Shown piece after piece: positions 14,032-28,235 of a stretch of DNA of 64,000 bases; positions within the stretch are counted from its first letter, which is position 1; every line of letters begins with the position of its first letter. Position numbers and translations under genes: made by a program. Source of the stretch: Octopus vulgaris (taxonomy: Eukaryota). The notes under the pieces are model-generated. The model was not told the origin of the DNA. It searched no databases and worked only from the letters and a program-made list of their open reading frames with translations. Location: assembly GCA_951406725.2 (NCBI GenBank), contig OX597833.1, positions 36,332,001 to 36,396,000 on the forward strand, given 5' to 3'.

Positions 14032-14190
14032 AAGGCGGCGAGCTGGCAGAAACGTTAGCTCGCTGGGCGAAATGCCTAGCGGTATTTCACCCGTCGCTAC
14101 CTTCTGAGTTCAAATTGTGCCTTTCATCCTTTCGGCGTCAATGAAATAAGTACCAATTACGCACTGGGGTCGATGACATCGACTCTCCCT
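14032..14190 (+). mobile_element. tRNA-derived SINE family B
   Basis: AAGGCGGCGAGCTGGCAGAAACGTTAG..GAGTTCAAAT..CTTTCATCCTTTCGG..AAGTACCA. Confidence 0.85.
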
Positions 14191-14264
14191 CTCACTCAAA
14201 AGACGAAGAGAGGTGGTGTGCAAAACAAACAGATTTATTAGTATAACGCTCAGGAATGGTAAAA

Positions 14265-14306
14265 GTCTTTTACGTTTCGAGTCTACGCTCTTCTACAGAA
14301 AGGGAC
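14265..14306 (-). ncRNA. Minimal hammerhead-like motif with variant core
   Basis: GTCCCTTT-CTGTAGA-A-GAG cgtaga CTC-GAAAC-GTA-AAAGAC; core position A6 is substituted. Confidence 0.5.
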
Positions 14307-14363
14307 ACAGAAAAAACAAGGAGAGAAACAAGGTGAGAAAAAAAATTGCGTAGTGGCTAACGA

Positions 14364-14761
14364 TATATATATATAAAGCTGAAGTTGTCTGTGTGTGTGT
14401 GGCAGGTTTGGTAGCCTTCAACTAACACCATCTCCTCCGAGACCTTGCGGCGCAAGTTGATTAAAATTGAGATCATGATAGAAAACTTGCTCTCCAATCC
14501 GTAGAAGAAAACAATTCAAATCGGACCACCTTAAAACCAAAAATTATTTACATCAAAAAGGTGCTTTTTTTCTATGAAAATCCATATTTTTTACGATTTT
14601 TTTATTGCTGTGTCGCCATTTTTCGGTGTATTTCAATCAGAAAAATGTTCACTTAAAGAGAATAACAAGCTACATAATGCAAAATTTTTACTTTTCAAAA
14701 ATTTCAATTCTAAAGGGTCGAAAAGAAAACAAACCCGAGCAACGCCGGGCTATACTGCTAG
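14364..14761 (+). mobile_element. Non-autonomous Helitron (same termini as 3881 family, different interior)
   Basis: 5' TATATATAAAGCTGAAGTTGT; 3' CCCGAGCAACGCCGGG-CTATACTG-CTAG|T. Confidence 0.85.
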
Positions 14762-14824
14762 TATATATATCTATCTATATATATATATATATATATAACG
14801 GGAGAGAGAGAGAGAGAGAGAGAG

Positions 14825-14988
14825 ACGCAATAGTGGCTATCTGGTAAGAAGTTGCTTCCCAACTATATGGTTCCAGGTTCAGTCGCACTGCGTGGCACCA
14901 TGGCTAAATTCTTCTATATTAGCCTCGAGCTGACCGAAGCCTTCTGAGTGGTTTTGGTAGTCCGAAACTGAAAGAAGCCCTTCGTATA
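14825..14988 (+). mobile_element. SINE family A 5' half, ending at a Helitron
   Basis: AGTGGCTATCTGGTAAGAAGTTGCTTCCC..GAAACTGAAAGAAGCCC. Confidence 0.8.
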
Positions 14989-14991
14989 CCT

Positions 14992-16352
14992 TCTTAATAT
15001 ATAAAATCCGTTCCGTTTGTCTATTTGTGCGCTTATAACTCGAGTATTGTTCATCCGATCGCGCTGAAATTTTAAACATGGATACATAAGAGAGCTGGGC
15101 GTTCCGTAATCTAAATATATATTCAAAATCGTTTGTTTCAAAGTGAGAATCGCTATTTTTGTAATCTTTATGTACTGTTTGTTCCGCCATTAAAACAACC
15201 AGTTGCTCAGACAGCCGGCTCATGCCATTTCGCTAGCATCAAGGGGAGTACAGGATGACAGTCAGCCAAAACTGTCACTTTGCTGTCTCTCTTCTTTCCT
15301 CTCTCTGTGGGGTTAATAATTTTTATATTTAGTTACAGTTTCTCATTAACACTACATAATAGACAGAATTGTTGGATTAAAACAGTATGGTGTTTTGAGG
15401 GAGATTTGGCTGATATTTCTACCAGATCTAGCAACCATGTAGAGGTCTGCCTCATTGATATTATATATTCCTCATGCTTTCCAAAACCGAGTTACAGATT
15501 TTGACGTATGGGTTATCAAAAGATTCAGTACTATTTTGGCTACAAATTAAACTTAATTTTCATTCACATATTTGTATTTCAAATGTTTAACATAATCTTT
15601 TCCATAAATCAACAATCGTAAAAATGTTATACTATTACGTCACATTTTCTATGTGCGTGTACCTTAAAAGACGTCAATCATTACGACACACACCATCACT
15701 CACTCACTCTCTCTCTTTCTCACTCTCTTTCTCTCTCACATACACACGCGCAAGCACGCACACACTCACACACACACACATGTTCATTTCATATAGACGT
15801 ACATACATCTTTCACTTTTTTCTCTGTTCTTTTCGCTTATCTTCTTTCAATTTCTGCCCTCTTGAAATAAAATTTTTACAGATACAATTGCCTACAAAAA
15901 TAGGGATTAATGTATAATTTCTTTCTATGTTCATAATTTTTTGTTTACAATATTGGGAAAAATATGCCAAAAAAGAAAAGACGTAATCTCTCCAGAAACA
16001 AGTATAAAGCAAGGAGGACAAGTATAAAGCAATTTCATGTTGCAACACTTAATGCAACATATTAAATCAATGTTTTAATGATTAGAAGGAGATCCAATAG
16101 GATAGCTCTCAGAAACAGACTACGTACAAATTCGTTCTTCACAACTTCTGAAGCTGTTTTCAGATATGATCCAACCCATTCATATAAAAATAATAACTCT
16201 GTCCAAATTAGTGTGCTAAACGCAAATTGTTATTTCTGTAGAGTTTTAAAATTTTCAAATGAAACAAATGGTATGTGCTGTTCAGGTGGTCAGGTAACAT
16301 TGCCAGCACTACCAGCTCCTTCTCAACCTCTTATAGATCTTCTAGAAGGCAT
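14992..16352 (+). mobile_element. 3'-truncated autonomous-type Helitron
   Basis: 5' TCTTAATATATAAAATCCGTTCCGTTTGTC followed by a RepHel N-terminal coding fragment; the link between the two is inferred. Confidence 0.65.
16078..16352 (+). pseudogene. Helitron Rep/helicase N-terminal zinc-finger fragment
   Basis: VFRYDPTHSY..CYFCRVLKFSNETNGMCCSGGQVTLPALPAPSQPLIDLL matches the RepHel CxxC..GxCC..G.V.LP motif. Confidence 0.85.
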
Positions 16353-16419
16353 TTCCATCGGTGTGTCTATACTGCAATGGAATGGGTGGATGCTAGAACT
16401 GGAATAACAATAATAATAA

Positions 16420-16622
16420 TCCTTTCTACTATTGGCACAAGGCCCGAAATTTTGAGTGAGAGGGAGAGTCGATGTCATCGACCCCAGTGCGTAATTGGTA
16501 CTTATTTCATTGACGCCGAAAGGATGAAAGGCAGAATTTGAACTTAGAAGGTAGCGACGGGTGAAATACCGCTAAGCATTTCGCCTGTGGGCTAACGTTT
16601 GTCATGCCAGCTCGCCACCTTC
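16420..16622 (-). mobile_element. SINE family B
   Basis: Reverse complement of 14032-14190 plus tail GGCCTTGTGCCAATAGTAGAAAGG. Confidence 0.85.
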
Positions 16623-16624
16623 TT

Positions 16625-17443
<819 letters not shown>

Positions 17444-17501
17444 TTAAATGCCCTGATGCAGTACCAGCAAGTGGCTCTCATGGCTTCTGATCTTAATTGA
17501 T

Positions 17502-17795
17502 TGTGCCGAATAGCAAGTCCACGGACTTTTCTGAATTTATTTTCGCCCCAGCCGTCGCTTTATATTCTTTCATTAGGAAACCAATCGCCTCCACTTCGAT
17601 GGCTCCGACACGAGGACGAAGATATCGTTCGCATACGCTGACACATCTCTTCCACGCTGCTTTGGTTCAAAAGGGAAGGTACTCAGTATCTCTAGCTTCC
17701 TCAACATTGGCTCGAGAGCTAGCAGTACAGACGAGACAAAAGGGGACATCTCTGGCGAACTGAGCGAGTGATATGAAAAGACTCCGAGAGATCCC
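17502..17795 (-). pseudogene. L1/Tx1-clade LINE reverse transcriptase fragment
   Basis: Frameshifted translation LSESFHITRSVRQRCPL / LALEPMLRKL..VSAYANDI / YKATAGAKINSEKS (QGCPLSP and YADD motifs). Confidence 0.8.
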
Positions 17796-18528
17796 TTACC
17801 TTAACCATCGAACATTCGTCAATGTGAATAACAGCTATAAAGCCTCTGAATACGAGATCAAAACTGATTGCCCTCAGCACAGCTTTTAGATAACGACGGT
17901 CAACCCACTCAAATGCTTTAGATTTATGTAAACTGATTAAGGCCCAACTGAAACTAGTTTGGTTCCCTACTGTATGTTGTTTGCTGTATTAAATGAAAAT
18001 GTGTGTATGTTGTATCGCATGAGGTGGGTGTTGTCATGGATAGACCTGTTTAGAATCGCACGTTTGCGGTTCCTCGATCATTGATGACAAACGTCAACCT
18101 CTTTGTTAACATTTTCACCAAAATTTTAACTCTGTATCTTGTCAGAAATTGTGTGTCTGTGGTCGTGAATGTGCTTGTAATAATTAGTTTTGTTGCTGTG
18201 CTGATGGTATTGATGCCGTCGGGCGGGAAAAAATAAAGGCAAATACTTTTTGAACGTACTTCGCATATGTATCGTTGGTATTATGCAAAAGGCCGGATGC
18301 CCAAAACGTTGCTTTTTTCAGTAAACGAAAAAAATAGCTTCACCATTCCATAGCAAAACCGTTGTACTACACTTTGACAATTTTTGATATCTTGGCATCT
18401 GATGCAGGTGGAGATACGATAGTTTGACTAAATGAACTGGCTATTGCAAGCAAAAGTAGAATTTGAAAAAAATGCATTTGGCTAAATTTGGACATACGAT
18501 AGTTTAACAGAAAAGCAATGATATATAC

Positions 18529-18727
18529 TTTCTTTTCTTTTATTCTTTTACTTGTTTCAGTCATGGTGGAGCACCGCCTTTAGTCGAGCAATTCGACCCC
18601 AGGACTTATTCTTTGTAAGCCTAGTACTTATTCTATCGCTATCTTTTGCCGAACTGGTAAGTTACGGGAACGTAAACACACCAAAGTCGGTTGTCAAGCT
18701 ATGGTGGGGAGACAAACACAGACACAC

Positions 18728-18776
<49 letters not shown>

Positions 18777-18930
18777 TGCACACACATATATATACGACGG
18801 GCTTCTTTCAGTTTCCGCCAACCAAATCCACTCACAAGGCTTTGGTAGAAAACACTTGCTCAAGGTGCCACGCAGTGAGAACCATGTGGTTGGAAAGCAA
18901 GCTTTTTACCACACAGCCACACCTGCACCT
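18529..18930 (-). mobile_element. SINE family A
   Basis: Matches 3229-3670 with small deletions. Confidence 0.88.
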
Positions 18931-18934
18931 GTAT

Positions 18935-18998
<64 letters not shown>

Positions 18999-19312
18999 AC
19001 ACACATTACTAACGGTTAGAAATTATTTCCAAAAGTTGACCACAACTGCCATGTGAAATTTAAGTATAGTACAGCAATAACCTTATGATCCAAATCGACA
19101 ATTTCATAGTTAAGCAGAAGCATGATATCTGATTCGGCAATATTGGCGGCTTTTCCTTCAACATATCCTTTTCCTATAAATATGATTGAACGAACGCTAA
19201 AAGATGCCTCCTCCACCACATTGTTGATACGACACGCCAGACTCAAGCTAGAATTCTGTGTTTATTGCTGTCCAATACTTAAATTTGTAATTAGCTACCT
19301 AGCTGTCTAGAT

Positions 19313-19562
19313 CAGTAGTTCTCGATCGGGATTTATATGGCCCTTGCAGGGCCGTGTAAGATCTTGTTAAAATTTATCCAATAAATTGCTTACACTTCTA
19401 CAATAGACAAAATATTTTTGTGCAGTTCTTAGTATTATATTATAAAAATTATATTATAAAAAAATTAATAGGATCTTTTTAAACATTGAATGGCTATGTT
19501 GGGCAACCCGAGCAAAACAGGATTCAAAGTAACAAAAAAAAATCTATTCAGAATGAGAACTG
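19313..19562. mobile_element. hAT-type MITE
   Basis: Termini CAGTAGTTCTC / GAGAACTG; 8-bp TSD GTCTAGAT / GTCAAGAT (7 of 8). Confidence 0.65.
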
Positions 19563-19725
19563 GTCAAGATAGATAGAGAGAGGGGGGGTGAGAAAGAAAG
19601 AGAGAGAAAGACAAAGAGAGACAGACTGACTGACAGACAAACAGACAGAGATACAGACAGACAAGTCAAGCAGACAACTGTCAGACAGACAGTTAGAGAG
19701 AGAGAGAGAGACAGGCAGACAAACA

Positions 19726-19804
<79 letters not shown>

Positions 19805-20062
19805 TTTCTAAAATACATACAGCTATATTTTTGTTGAGTAGTTTGCGAAAGAACCCAATTATATACGAATATTTTTCGGAAAAAATAAAGAGAAAACTTT
19901 TATATTAAACTCAACATTAATATTTCGAATAGTGGCCATGTTTCCATGAACAAGTATGCATGCATGCATGTATGTACCTATCTTTCTATCAATCTCTCTC
20001 TCACTCTCTCTATGTATGTTTGTGCGTGTGTGTATGCAAGCATGCATACACATGTAATATTA

Positions 20063-20274
20063 GTTTCAAATTTTGGCACAAGGCCAGCAATTGTAGGGAT
20101 GGATGTAAGTGGAATTGATCAATCCAAATCCTCAACTGGTACTTGTTTTACCGATTCTGTAAGGGATGAAAGGCAATTTCGACCACGGCAGCATTTGAAC
20201 TCAGAATGTGAAGTCTGAAGAAATGTTGCTAAACATTCTGTCCAGCGCAGAAACGATTGTCAACTCGCTGCTTT
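20063..20274 (-). mobile_element. SINE family B with 17-bp TSD
   Basis: ATACACATGTAATATTA at 20046-20062 and 20275-20291. Confidence 0.85.
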
Positions 20275-20307
20275 ATACACATGTAATATTAATTATATAT
20301 ATATATA

Positions 20308-20522
20308 AGGCGGTGAGCTGGCAGAATCGTTAGCTCGCCGGACAAAATGCTTAGCGGCATTTCGTCCGACTTTACGCTCAGAGTTCAAATTCCTCTGGAG
20401 TTGAGTTTATCTCTCATTCTTTTGAGGTCGATAAAATAAGTACCAGTTGAGTACTGGGGTCGATGTAATCAACTATCCCCCTTCCCCGAAATTGTTGGCC
20501 TTGTACCAAGATTTGAAACCAA
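20308..20522 (+). mobile_element. SINE family B
   Basis: AAGGCGGTGAGCTGGCAGAATCGTTAG..GAGTTCAAAT..GGCCTTGTACC. Confidence 0.88.
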
Positions 20523-20619
20523 TTTTAATTACATGTGTATATATGCATATACATATACTAAATAGTTTCTGGGGCCACGGAGAAACTTGTAACGTCCCTA
20601 GAATATAGTTAGCAATATA

Positions 20620-20985
20620 CAGACCACTACGAAAGGCCTTGGAAGCAAGTTTGAACCATACTATTCCACGAAGAAGAAGGCGAGAAGGACTGCAGTAGGC
20701 GACTAAGTAAAGGAAGAAAAAGCCGATATATGGACTTAGTACAACGTAATCAATAGGGACAGTGTACCGCTTGGGAGGAGCTTGCGGATGGGCGAAAAAT
20801 AGGACAACCAGAATTATTTTCCTGATCCGTACCATCTACGACATACTTCCCTAGTCGTACGAAACCTAAAGCATAGGAAAATAGAAGTGAACAGACTGTG
20901 GAAATGTTGAAAGGTCGGGACGATGAGACATCTCTTCAATTGCCCACTACTGAAGCTCAGACACAAATAGCGCCGTAACCAAAGT
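20620..20985 (+). pseudogene. RLE-type LINE (NeSL/Hero-like) zinc-knuckle region remnant
   Basis: RIIFLIRTIYDILP, then CGKC..GTMRHLFNC..RRNQ (decayed CCHC and RHN motifs) with stops and frameshifts. Confidence 0.6.
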
Positions 20986-21489
20986 ATATGGGTTTAAATT
21001 AGAACTTATCAGCACATTTCTCATCTATATTTTATGCCCGTTATTCTTATTCATCCTTCCCCATTTTTTTTCGTTCTCTCACGCAATTTTTCCTCAGAGA
21101 CAACCTTCAGCTTTTCCCCCTCTTTTTAATCCCACTTTTCTCGCTTTCGTTCTTTCACTTTCTTTAACTGAATTATCACTACTTTATTTCTTACATTCTT
21201 TTATTCTTCATGTTTTTCCCCTTCTGCTAATTCTTATAATCCTTTTCGATGTGATCTCCAGTTGACAGCTGGTGAAGGGAATGTCCAGCAGTGCAAGCCG
21301 AAAATATAATATCCCACTTCTATTTATCTATCTTTCTGTCTTTCCATTCTTCTCGCCTTTTTGTTTTCTTTTACCTTATTCATTTTTACTGTTTTTTTCT
21401 TCCTAAGATACTACTTCTTTCTCTTTTTTCTTTCCCCTTCTCTTTCACTGCCTCCCAGTTGCATATACTATTTCTCTCAAACATATTCA

Positions 21490-21870
21490 TTTCTACTCTA
21501 GGCACAAGGCCCGAAATTTTGGGGGAGGGGGCAGTCGATTATATCGACCCCGGTTCACAACTGGTACTTAATTTATCGACTCCGATAGGATGAAAGGCAA
21601 AGTCGACCTCGTCGGAATTTGAACTCAGAACGAAATATTTATTTCTTTACTACCCACAAGGGGCTAAACACAGAGAGGACAAACAAGGACAGACAAACGG
21701 TTTAAGTCGATTATATCGACCCCAGTGCGTAACTGGTACTTATTTAATCGACCCCGAAAGCATGAAAGGCAAAGTCGACCTCGGCAGAATTTGAACTCTG
21801 AACGTAGCGGCAGACGAAATACGGCTACGCATTTCGCCCGGCGTGCTAACGTTTCTGCTAGCTCGGCAGC
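21490..21870 (-). mobile_element. Dimeric SINE family B
   Basis: Two tandem core segments with different tails; same layout at 26605-27002. Confidence 0.85.
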
Positions 21871-22304
21871 TTTTCTCTCAAACAATGTCTGTATATGAGC
21901 GTGCAGGCGCGCGCAAACACACATACACACTCACTCACGCACGCACACACGCACACACATACACGCACACACACACACACACACACACTCACACACACAC
22001 TCACACACACACTCACATACACACACACTCACGTACGCACCCACACTCACACACACACAAACACTCTCTTACACACACACACAAGTTTATAACATCTTAT
22101 ACTCATTCCACCCTCTCTTTCTGTCTCTCTCTTTGTCTCTGTCTCTCTCTGTCTCTCCCTCTCCCCCCCTCTCTCTCTTTATTTTTGTCTCTCATAATTT
22201 CGTCTCAGTCTCTATGTCCGTTTGTGTCTCTTTCTGTTTCTCTTGTCTAATTATCTGTATTGTCTGATAAACAGACAAGCAGACAAATAGTCAAACGGAC
22301 AGAT

Positions 22305-22309
22305 AGAAT

Positions 22310-22375
<66 letters not shown>

Positions 22376-22376
22376 C

Positions 22377-22453
<77 letters not shown>

Positions 22454-22455
22454 TA
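22305..22455. repeat. (AGAT)n microsatellite
   Basis: Directly visible. Confidence 0.97.
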
Positions 22456-22899
22456 CAAATATACAAGCAGAACAGACGGAAGGACAGGCTGAGAAACAGA
22501 TAGACAGACAGATAAACAGATAGATAGATTGAGACACAGACAGGTACAGAGAGACAGACGGACGGAAGGGCAGACAGAAAGACAAACAAAGGAAAATTGG
22601 GTAAGTGGCCGTGTAATTGCTCTAAATGACACAAGTCAAATTCTTGAAACCAATATAACCATTTCAAAATAGACAGCAGTTGAAAGTTGAGTGCTTTAAG
22701 GAGCTTCCTCGAACTTATTTCTATTTGATAAAATGCTTTAGGTCATATTCTCAATTATTATAATACCAATTTCGTTAAGTATGATGTAACGCTAAGTAAA
22801 GAAAAGATCACCTGATGTTAAAAGCCTACGGAAAAACCAGCCACCTTACTATGTTGCAGGTATACTGATGAAAGCAATATAAAAATGATACCGAAATAT

Positions 22900-23994
22900 A
22901 TCTAGTTCCACATTATCAATCTCTTTCCACATTGCAGCATGGATACGCTATTTCAGAATTAAATTTGAAATTTTGAACATCTTTGACACCTTGCACTTTT
23001 TTTTATTTTGAAAAAGGCAAGAAAACGACGGAAACCTGCAGAAAGATATGCGCTGTATACGGAGAGTGTTACGACGTGTGTGCCAGAAGTGGTTTTTCGG
23101 GATTTCGATCCGGAAAATTTTCAGTTCAAGACATACCTCGTTCTGGTCGGCCAACTGAGATTAATAGCGATATCAGCGCCCGTTATACGACCGGGATGAT
23201 TGCACATATTCCCCAAATATCCAAATTGAGTACTGAAAACCATCTGCATCAACTTGGTTGCGTCAGTGGCTCGATGTTTGAATGAGGTTAACCGCGGCCA
23301 ACAGATTTCCATTTGCGATTCTTTAAAGAAACACAAAGAAAAGGCTCCGTTTTTGAAGAGGATGGCGACTGTGGCAAAAAATGGGTCGTCTGTAACAATG
23401 TGAAGCGCAAACGGTCTTGAGGGAAGCGCGACGAAAGACCACAAATAACCTCCAAAAGCTTTGAATTTAATGGGATTGGGAAAGTGTTGTCTTTTACGAA
23501 CTTCCTACCGACAGGACCATCAGTTCGGATATGTACTGTGACCCAGCTGGACAAATTAAACGCAGCGATCTATCAGAAGCGTTCAGCATGTGCTAATTGT
23601 ATGGGTAGTGTCTATTATTACGGCAATACCAAGCTGCAAACATCTTTGAAGTTGTAGTAAAAGTTACTGGGGTTTGCCTGGGAAATTTTGCCGCATCCTC
23701 CATCTAGGGCCTATCTTGCGCCTTTAGGTTTCCACCTGTTTCGGTCTCCTCAAAATGCGTTACATGGACAGATCTTCAACTCTGAATACGATGTAAAAAT
23801 TCATCGGGAAGGGTTTTTTCGTGCGTAAAAGCATAACAATCTTTGTGCAAGGAAAAATGGATCTACCCACAAGATAACAGAAGATACTGGAGCAAAACGG
23901 TAATTATATCATTGATTGACTAAATTGCTTTATGTTTAAAACTTTTGTCTTCTTTTCACTTAAAAAAACCGAACGGACTTTTTAACTAACCCAA
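22900..23994 (+). mobile_element. Decayed mariner transposon
   Basis: FYFEKGKKTTETCRKICAVYG, DIPRSGRP, WEILPHPP..LAPLGFHLFRS; right TIR AAAACCGAACGGACTTTTTAACTAACCCAA|TA; left boundary approximate. Confidence 0.85.
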
Positions 23995-24827
23995 TATTAT
24001 ATATTACTGTTATACATAAATGACAGGAATAACAAAACAAGTTGTCTTTATCAATGTGAATGGAATCAAGCATTACAATATGTGTCATTTTCTAAAACAG
24101 TAAGAAGCTGCTATTTCTGGTTAGTTGAAGATCTCGTAGAGTTTCAAGTCAGAGCTCCCTATCTTAAAGCCAGTAAAAACGTAGAACAGTAATATCCTAA
24201 AATCGAAGCCTTTTGCTAATTAAACCAGGGTCAAATTACATAACTGAAGCCTAGGGGCCGAAAGTTAATATAAACCCGAACACTTACGTTTTCTCCCATC
24301 TTTCTGTGTTCGATAAAAAAAAATACTAATCAAACTACTAATCAAAATACCAATTTAACGACGGTGCATCAGAATGGCCGCAGCTCTGAGCTGAAACTAG
24401 AGAGAGAAAAATATCCGACGTCACAAATTTATGTGACTTTGTGCCTGTTACTATCTAAATATGTAGCTACGTCTAACCATTTGTTCTACTCCTGGAGTCT
24501 TTAAGTGGGCACACTTTCTTCCACTCCTATTTTGTGAAACTTACTTAACTGACGCCATCATTAAGGTCGTCGTTGAAAGCATTTCCAGCGGTTAGGATCT
24601 ATGTCTAAAATGTTTTAACATATTCCTCCGTAAGGGCAATTGGTCTCATCAGGTTGCTACACCGTTTCACACTGCCTGTCATACATATACAATTCCTTGA
24701 TTTCACACAATGTTGCGGTGGCTGGTGATTCGCTTAGGAATACCATGTTTTGTTTCGCTTTGTTTTGTTTTTCACTTTTTTAAGGTTATATTTATTTTAT
24801 ATCTATACTTTTATTATCATTATTCAT

Positions 24828-24862
<35 letters not shown>

Positions 24863-24969
24863 TTTTACGAGGAGTTTCTCTTTTAGATTACTTCCGCACG
24901 TGCTTGAGTGTCAATTTATTCTGAAAACATTAAACTCTGCACCTATTATAATGATAAATGTATTTTAAG

Positions 24970-26264
<1,295 letters not shown>

Positions 26265-26604
26265 ATGATGATGGTGAGGATTTTTATTTATTTGCCACCA
26301 GGGCGAAGGATGAGGGGAACAATGCAAAGCAGACATAAAGTGTGTGTGTGTGTGTGGGGGGGTTACATATAATGGAATGATTAAATAAACAGAAAAAAAC
26401 CCCAGTAAGTATACAATGAAAAGGAAGGGAAATATACATAGTATAGAAAGGTTAACAAAAAAGGGGTCTCGATGATAGAGATGATACAGGATGACCTCTA
26501 AGGATAATCGAGGGGCATCACTATCCAAGATCTCTCTGAAAAGCAAGGGCAAGTGCCCTCTGCAATTCCCTTAATCTGACTCACAGGTCTATACTTAGAG
26601 AGGA

Positions 26605-27002
26605 TCCTTTCCATTATAGGCACAAGGCTTGAAATTTTGGGGTACGGGGTTAGTCGATTACATCGACTCCAGTGCGTAACTTGTACTTATTTTATTGACC
26701 CCGAAAGGATGAAAGGCAAAGTTGAAGATGAAAGGTAGCATTTGAACTTAGAATGTAAAGACAGACGAAATACCTATTTCTTTATTACCCACAAAGGGCT
26801 AAACACAGAGGGGACAAACAAGGACAGACATAGGTATTAAGTCGATTATATCGACCCCAGTGCGTAACTGGTACTTTATTTATCGACCCCGAAAGGATGA
26901 AAGGCAAAGTCAACCTCGGTGGAATTTGAACTCAGAACGTAAAGACAGACGAAATACTCCTAAGCATTTCGCCTGGCGTGCTAACTTTTCTGCCTGCTCG
27001 CT
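26605..27002 (-). mobile_element. Dimeric SINE family B
   Basis: Same dimer junction as 21490-21870. Confidence 0.85.
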
Positions 27003-27152
27003 AACCATTTTGTCTGGCACCTTAAATACCGCTAACCATTTTGTTTGGCACCTTAATGAGTTTACCAACTTGCCACTTTAACAACAATGATGATGATACC
27101 GCTAATGAAGATTATGATGATGAGGAGGAGGATGATAATGATGATGGTGCTT

Positions 27153-27463
27153 ATTTTATCGAGATCTTTTGCCGAAATGCTTAGTTACGGGAACTTAAAC
27201 ACTCCGAGAGCGATTGTCAAGTGAAGGAGGGGCGGGTAAACACAGACACACACGCTCGCATGCACACAAACAGATACACACGTACACACAAACACATATA
27301 TATACGACGGAGCTTCTTTCAGTTTCCGTTTGCCAAATCCACTCACAAGGCTTTGATCGGCCCAACTCTATAGTAGAAGACACTTGCCCAAGATGCCACG
27401 CAGTGGGGTTGAACTTAGAACCATGTGGTTGAGAAGCAAGCTTCTTACCACACAGCTACGCCT
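27153..27463 (-). mobile_element. SINE family A, 3'-truncated
   Basis: GGCGTAGCTGTGTGGTAAGAAGCTTGC head and body. Confidence 0.85.
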
Positions 27464-27834
27464 ATACGTTAGCCATATTTCTTGCATCATAATATACTTT
27501 CAACACAAAATTTTGAAACAACGATTCATTTTGGCATTTAAACAATTTGTGTCGTATGCGGGATACGTGCGTGACTGTGTGTACACGCACTCACACACGC
27601 AACCGTTAAACGCGCTTGTTACATTCGGATCAATGTAGGGAGACTCGATGTAGCTTCCTAAACTGTTAGAAACAATAGCTAACTATGTCTCAAATAATAT
27701 TTTACGTCATTAAAAATTAGCTAACATAGTCTTTGTGGGAGCTAAGTTAGCTGAAAAGACAGGATGGCCACTATTAGGATGGCTTGGAATTAAACGATAA
27801 CAGCAAATTTAACGGACACGCCATTTTCATTTAA

Positions 27835-28235
27835 CTGTGGTTTCAGTAGGAAGAGGATTTTCAGGTCTGGGTGTTGTGGTTTATAAGGATGGTTTCCTAA
27901 AGTGCTTTACAGTGAAGGCTGTGTTTTGTGGTTTCCAGGAATGCCTTAACCCTATGGTTAGTAAGGTTAGTGTCTGTTTGTGGTTTATTGAGATACCTAA
28001 CTGTTAAATTTCCGGGAATGGTTTACTGTTGTGATATACAGAGTTGTTTTGTGTTTGCGGTTTACAGGGATGGATGACTATTATGGTTTCCAGGAATAAC
28101 TTGCCGTTGTGGTTTACAGGGAGGGCTTTGGTTTGTGGTTTTAGGGAACGGCTTGCCGTTGTGGTTTACAAGAGCGTTTCCGTAGAGCAATTTACACTAA
28201 TGTTTTTCAGTTGTGGCTTTCCGAGAATGGCTAAC
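27835..28235. repeat. Degenerate ~24-bp minisatellite with TGTGGTTT core
   Basis: Recurring GTTGTGGTTTACAGGGA-like units. Confidence 0.7.
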
